Shown here: positions 14,288-17,548 of the stretch, piece by piece | Position numbering within the stretch: position 1 is the stretch's first letter | Layout of the letters: each line of letters starts with the position of its first letter | Source: a phage | Assembly (NCBI GenBank): GCA_025289735.1 | Contig: GCA_025289735.1_4764.3 | Length of the DNA stretch: 17,548 bases | Direction: 5' to 3' (one strand) | Notes under the pieces: generated by a model | The model's database searches: none | Told to the model about the DNA's origin: nothing | Seen by the model: the letters and a program-made list of their open reading frames with translations, nothing else | Program-made: the position numbers and the translations under genes

Positions 14288-15280
14288 TTAGTAATGGCTA
14301 AAACCTTCGGTTACATCTTCAACCACATAGTAACGATGACAGCGCATTTTGGCATTCGCATAATCTTTCGGGATACTTACAACGTGACGCGGATCAACTT
14401 TACATTTAATGATTCGGCCTCGTCCACCGCCATAGTGCGGAATATAGTGTTTCGCTGCAACGTGGAGGCCATTAGAGCAAGTGCGATCATCATCTGGGTC
14501 CACGTCTTTACGCTTCATTTTAACCGTGCGCCCTGGGCTATTATCAAATGTATGCGTAAAGAAATCTTTATAATCAACATCAACACGTTTCCATGCATAG
14601 AAACAACCATCTTCCCCGATCTCAATGTCGTTGTGCTCTAAGAAGTCAAATAGACGATCTACCGCCTTACGGCTAGGGTTTTTCTTGCACTTCTCAAAGA
14701 AGTTCAGATAGTGCGTATATGGCTTATTCTCTTTAATCGACTCCACAACTCGACGAGTCAGATTATTATCAAGAACAATATTATGATAATACACAATACC
14801 ATTTTCGATACGGAAAGCGCCGTGATAATATACTTCAACCGCTTTCTTAATGTCAATCAGCGTAATTGCTTTAATAAAATCATTCTGCTTAATCGCTTCC
14901 AGTGCTTCATTAAAGTTAACATGCGACGGATCAGCAGTATAAACAATGTCGCCGCATGTAATAGTAATAAACTTAGTTGAGGCTATTGCGACGATTTTTG
15001 AGGAAGTAGTCACGGGCTTTTTTGCGCGTTCACCGCCTTTTCCTTTACTGGTTTTACGGCGTGCTTTACGTTTTTCTAGTGCCTTGCGACCTTCCGCTAC
15101 TGCGTCTTTCTGAATCAGTAATACACGGGAGGCAGTACGACGAGATACCCCAAATGCTGCCGCAAGTGCTTCGCGGGTAGTAAACTTACCTTCGCCCCAC
15201 TGTTTAGCCAGTTTGATTTGTTTCGCAGAATCCAGGCATTGAACGTTACGGTCAGAGACGGTGATTTTTGCTTTAGTCAT
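14288..15280 (-). CDS. rIIB: rIIB protein (about 330 aa)
   Basis: C-terminal two-thirds match recalled T4 rIIB blocks: KAVDRLFDFLEHNDIEIGEDGCFYAWKRV, FDNSPGRTVKMKR, TCSNGLHVAAKHYIPHYG, PRHVVSIPKDYANAKMR, YYVVEDVTE. The likely start is the ATG at 15278..15280, 9 nt from AGAGGA; the track start at 15289 abuts the SD. Confidence 0.85.
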   Translation of the reverse strand: MTKAKITVSDRNVQCLDSAKQIKLAKQWGEGKFTTREALAAAFGVSRRTASRVLLIQKDAVAEGRKALEKRKARRKTSKGKGGERAKKPVTTSSKIVAIASTKFITITCGDIVYTADPSHVNFNEALEAIKQNDFIKAITLIDIKKAVEVYYHGAFRIENGIVYYHNIVLDNNLTRRVVESIKENKPYTHYLNFFEKCKKNPSRKAVDRLFDFLEHNDIEIGEDGCFYAWKRVDVDYKDFFTHTFDNSPGRTVKMKRKDVDPDDDRTCSNGLHVAAKHYIPHYGGGRGRIIKCKVDPRHVVSIPKDYANAKMRCHRYYVVEDVTEGFSHY

Positions 15281-15342
15281 AGTATTCATTCCTCTATTAG
15301 TTGGGCGACTATCGCCGCCCGATTCACATCATTATACCAGAA

Positions 15343-15474
15343 TTATTTTGCTTCTACAACCTTGCGGATTGTGCGGTCTGATACATTATAGATTCGTGCC
15401 AGTTCGCCTTTAGTCAAGCCGCGAGCGTATTGTTTACGGATGGTTTCTTTCTGGATAGCGGTCAGTTTAGTCAT
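15343..15474 (-). CDS. Unlisted 43-aa helix-turn-helix mini-protein between rIIA and rIIB
   Basis: Hand translation of the minus strand: MTKLTAIQKETIRKQYARGLTKGELARIYNVSDRTIRKVVEAK. SD GAGGTGA 5 nt upstream of the ATG, overlapping the rIIA stop. Resembles the rIIB N-terminus (MTKAKITV...TTREALAAAFGVSRRTASRVL). Too short to appear in the ORF track. Confidence 0.5.
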   Translation of the reverse strand: MTKLTAIQKETIRKQYARGLTKGELARIYNVSDRTIRKVVEAK

Positions 15475-15485
15475 AATATCACCTC

Positions 15486-17548
15486 TTAAAATTTAACATT
15501 CTTAACCAGTTTCATAAAGTCTTGTGCGCGTTTGTCATTATGAAGAATACGATACCAGTTATCTACAATATCATACAGTAACGGGCTATTCTCTTTAAAC
15601 TTCGCACAAACTGCTTTAATTCGTTCGTTTGCTGCCGTGAATTTTTCGTCACAGATCTTTTTAGTTTCTTCGTCCATGATCCAACGAGTACGAAGGAGTA
15701 ACTTGGAAACCTCTTTATTATAATGACGACCGTACAGTCTGTCAATAAATTCTGGAACACAGCGTTCTAATTCATCGTCATGATACAACATAGTGATCAC
15801 GCCCAGATATTCGCCATACCCCAGATGATTGGTCTTAACCTTCTTAGCCAGACCAGCCAGCTTACCGCGAACAAATTCTAGCGCACATTCCAATTGTTCG
15901 TCAACGAGATATTTTTGTGTCTCGTTTCGAGTAATAATATACTTTGTTACCCCGAAGTAGTCAAGCGCCGTGTGTAATGTATTTTCACTATAGATCGATT
16001 GACGGCTACGGCTTTCGAATGCATCACCTACGCGGAACATATGCAAGCCTGATAACTCGCGAATCTCTGCCGCTTTCATGTGATGGCTGGTTTTATGCCA
16101 ACTGTCACCAATCTTTTCCATGATATACACGTTAGGCAGCTTGGGAGTAGCTTCACGTTGTGTACGCTCGGTCTTCTCCGGTTTAACTGCTTTAGCACGC
16201 AGATCATCGGCCTCAGACACTTTAATCACGGTCATTTCAGAATCATCATAATACTGTTTGATGTACTCGAAAGTCTCCATATGTTTTTCGTTGTTCTGAC
16301 GGAACACCAGTACCTTTTTATTGATGCCGTATTCCTGGACCATGCCGTTAAGAGTCAGTGCACGCAGTTTCGGTTTATCGGTATCATCAATAAGACACGT
16401 AATATCTTCTTTATGCATCCATACAAAATGCGTAATGTTGTATTGACTGCTAACGAAAGCAGGGCGCAATTTACTGATTGTGTGACGAGTACGATACAGA
16501 GTATACACCTGACCTTCTACGTCATTAGGCGAATCTTTACCCGCATTAACAAACTTATTATAGATTGCTACCGGATCATCCCATTGCCCGATCTTACCCA
16601 TCTTGCTAATAATATTTCGTTGCGTCGATGAATACTCGCTCATAAATTGCGCAAGTTTACGCTCTGTTTTAATGTTGGCGATCTTCTCTTTGACCTTTTC
16701 CAACATCATTTCATTGATTTCTGCAATGCGTTTTTCGATGTTCGCTTTAGTCTCAATTGACAAGTGAACTTCTTCACGCGATGGCATCAGGTCCAGATCA
16801 CCCAACTCAAAATTAATGTAAATGGTCTGGTGCTGGCGGTTTACAGCTTCTAACCATGTTCCGCGAACATATTCATACGGGATCGGATACTGGATCTTAC
16901 CCATGATTGCATATACTACATAGGAATCGTTATCACGCCCATTACACACATAATAATTATCAAAGCTAGGGAAATAATTAATTTCGATTGCATTGATATT
17001 AGGTTTGTGTTCCCCAAAATGACGAAGTACAAATTGTGCTTCTCGATGCCATGTCTGAATGTCTTTTTCTTTCACCGGAATAGTGATTTTCAGACCATTG
17101 TCTTCATAGGTCGGTTCGTCGAAAATCTGCACCATTTTCGGCATAGAGTTTTGCACAAATGCCGTAAAGCCATAAGCGCGACCATTGTAGTAGTTTACGA
17201 TTGTAAAGGTGTCAGTATAGCTATAAGCAGACTTCGCACCTAAACCAAAAGATCCGATATAATCATTAGTCTGGTCTTTGGTTGATTCAAAGTAAACCGT
17301 AAACAGTTGTTCTAATTCTTTCTTAGACGGAATACCAGTACCATAATCACGCACAGAAAAATACGGTTCAATTGCGGTAGGCAAATGAATATCAAACGGA
17401 CGATCTAAGGTTCCGGCTTCTTTGTGAGTGTCGGTAGCATTGCACGAATACTCACGGACGCAAGCACGCTCACAATATTGATAAGTGTTCTTAGAAAGCA
17501 CCATAAAAGCCTTGCTACTTGCTTTCAGTGAAAAATCAACCGCACCGC
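15486..17548 (-). CDS. rIIA: rIIA protein, 5'-truncated by the window edge (GHKL-type ATPase fold at the N-terminus)
   Basis: Reading frame stays open upstream of the track Met to the window end (...GAVDFSLKASSKAF-MVLSK...). SKAF, VREYSCNATDTH, DRPFDIHLP, VRDYGTGIP, DYIGSFGLGAKSAYSYTDTF and IEINYFPSFDNYY parallel recalled T4 rIIA N-terminal motifs. Position is upstream of rIIB as in T4. Confidence 0.85.
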   Translation of the reverse strand, partial: GAVDFSLKASSKAFMVLSKNTYQYCERACVREYSCNATDTHKEAGTLDRPFDIHLPTAIEPYFSVRDYGTGIPSKKELEQLFTVYFESTKDQTNDYIGSFGLGAKSAYSYTDTFTIVNYYNGRAYGFTAFVQNSMPKMVQIFDEPTYEDNGLKITIPVKEKDIQTWHREAQFVLRHFGEHKPNINAIEINYFPSFDNYYVCNGRDNDSYVVYAIMGKIQYPIPYEYVRGTWLEAVNRQHQTIYINFELGDLDLMPSREEVHLSIETKANIEKRIAEINEMMLEKVKEKIANIKTERKLAQFMSEYSSTQRNIISKMGKIGQWDDPVAIYNKFVNAGKDSPNDVEGQVYTLYRTRHTISKLRPAFVSSQYNITHFVWMHKEDITCLIDDTDKPKLRALTLNGMVQEYGINKKVLVFRQNNEKHMETFEYIKQYYDDSEMTVIKVSEADDLRAKAVKPEKTERTQREATPKLPNVYIMEKIGDSWHKTSHHMKAAEIRELSGLHMFRVGDAFESRSRQSIYSENTLHTALDYFGVTKYIITRNETQKYLVDEQLECALEFVRGKLAGLAKKVKTNHLGYGEYLGVITMLYHDDELERCVPEFIDRLYGRHYNKEVSKLLLRTRWIMDEETKKICDEKFTAANERIKAVCAKFKENSPLLYDIVDNWYRILHNDKRAQDFMKLVKNVKF

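Noticed and set aside
15331-15359. Possible dedicated rIIB promoter (TATAAT at 15331..15336) inside the rIIA-rIIB intergenic insert
   Set aside because: The -10 is perfect but the best -35 at 17-nt spacing is TTGTAG (3/6). Too weak to call as a feature without transcript mapping; mentioned under the HTH mini-ORF finding instead.
6220-17243. Track ORFs antisense to or frame-shifted within the annotated genes (6220..6438 -, 6636..6836 +, 8112..8294 +, 8605..9030 +, 8888..9121 +, 9096..9287 -, 9355..9549 +, 10012..10218 +, 10260..10622 +, 10270..10524 +, 10540..10851 +, 10772..11053 +, 11013..11237 +, 11968..12153 +, 13119..13331 +, 13371..13556 -, 13659..13946 +, 14294..14641 +, 14711..14980 +, 15563..15760 -, 16080..16631 +, 17007..17243 +)
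   Set aside because: Each overlaps a better-supported gene (gene 52, rIIA, rIIB, t, or an RBS-bearing small early gene), lacks a plausible RBS and has an implausible composition. The gene array leaves no room for them.
1-17548. CRISPR arrays, tRNA genes, homing endonucleases or transposase-like mobile elements
   Set aside because: No regularly spaced direct repeats, no tRNA-like cloverleaf-sized conserved segments, and no ORF with GIY-YIG, HNH or transposase-like length and motifs were seen. The only repeats are the promoter cassettes and the shared hairpin stems.

Overview
This window reads as a T4-like (Tevenvirinae-type) myovirus segment spanning the junction between the late long-tail-fiber module and a convergently transcribed early region. 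On the plus strand: a gp36-like fiber protein (37..1527), a gp37-like distal long tail fiber (1598..4636) whose C-terminus looks like a self-cleaving intramolecular chaperone domain, three tandem paralogous ~100-aa genes in the position T4 gives to gene 38 (4675..5578), a 79-aa ORF, and holin t (5903..6559) followed by a terminator. On the minus strand, running from the right edge leftwards: rIIA (N-terminus outside the window), an unlisted 43-aa helix-turn-helix mini-ORF, rIIB, three small ORFs (one highly acidic, one membrane protein), the gene-52 topoisomerase II medium subunit, and then about 17 small early ORFs. Five of these are preceded by near-identical sigma70-like promoter/leader cassettes. 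No motA or asiA homologue is recognisable between t and gene 52. No tRNA, rRNA, CRISPR array or transposase-like element was seen. All assignments rest on reading the translations and on recalled T4 protein sequences; no database search was run.
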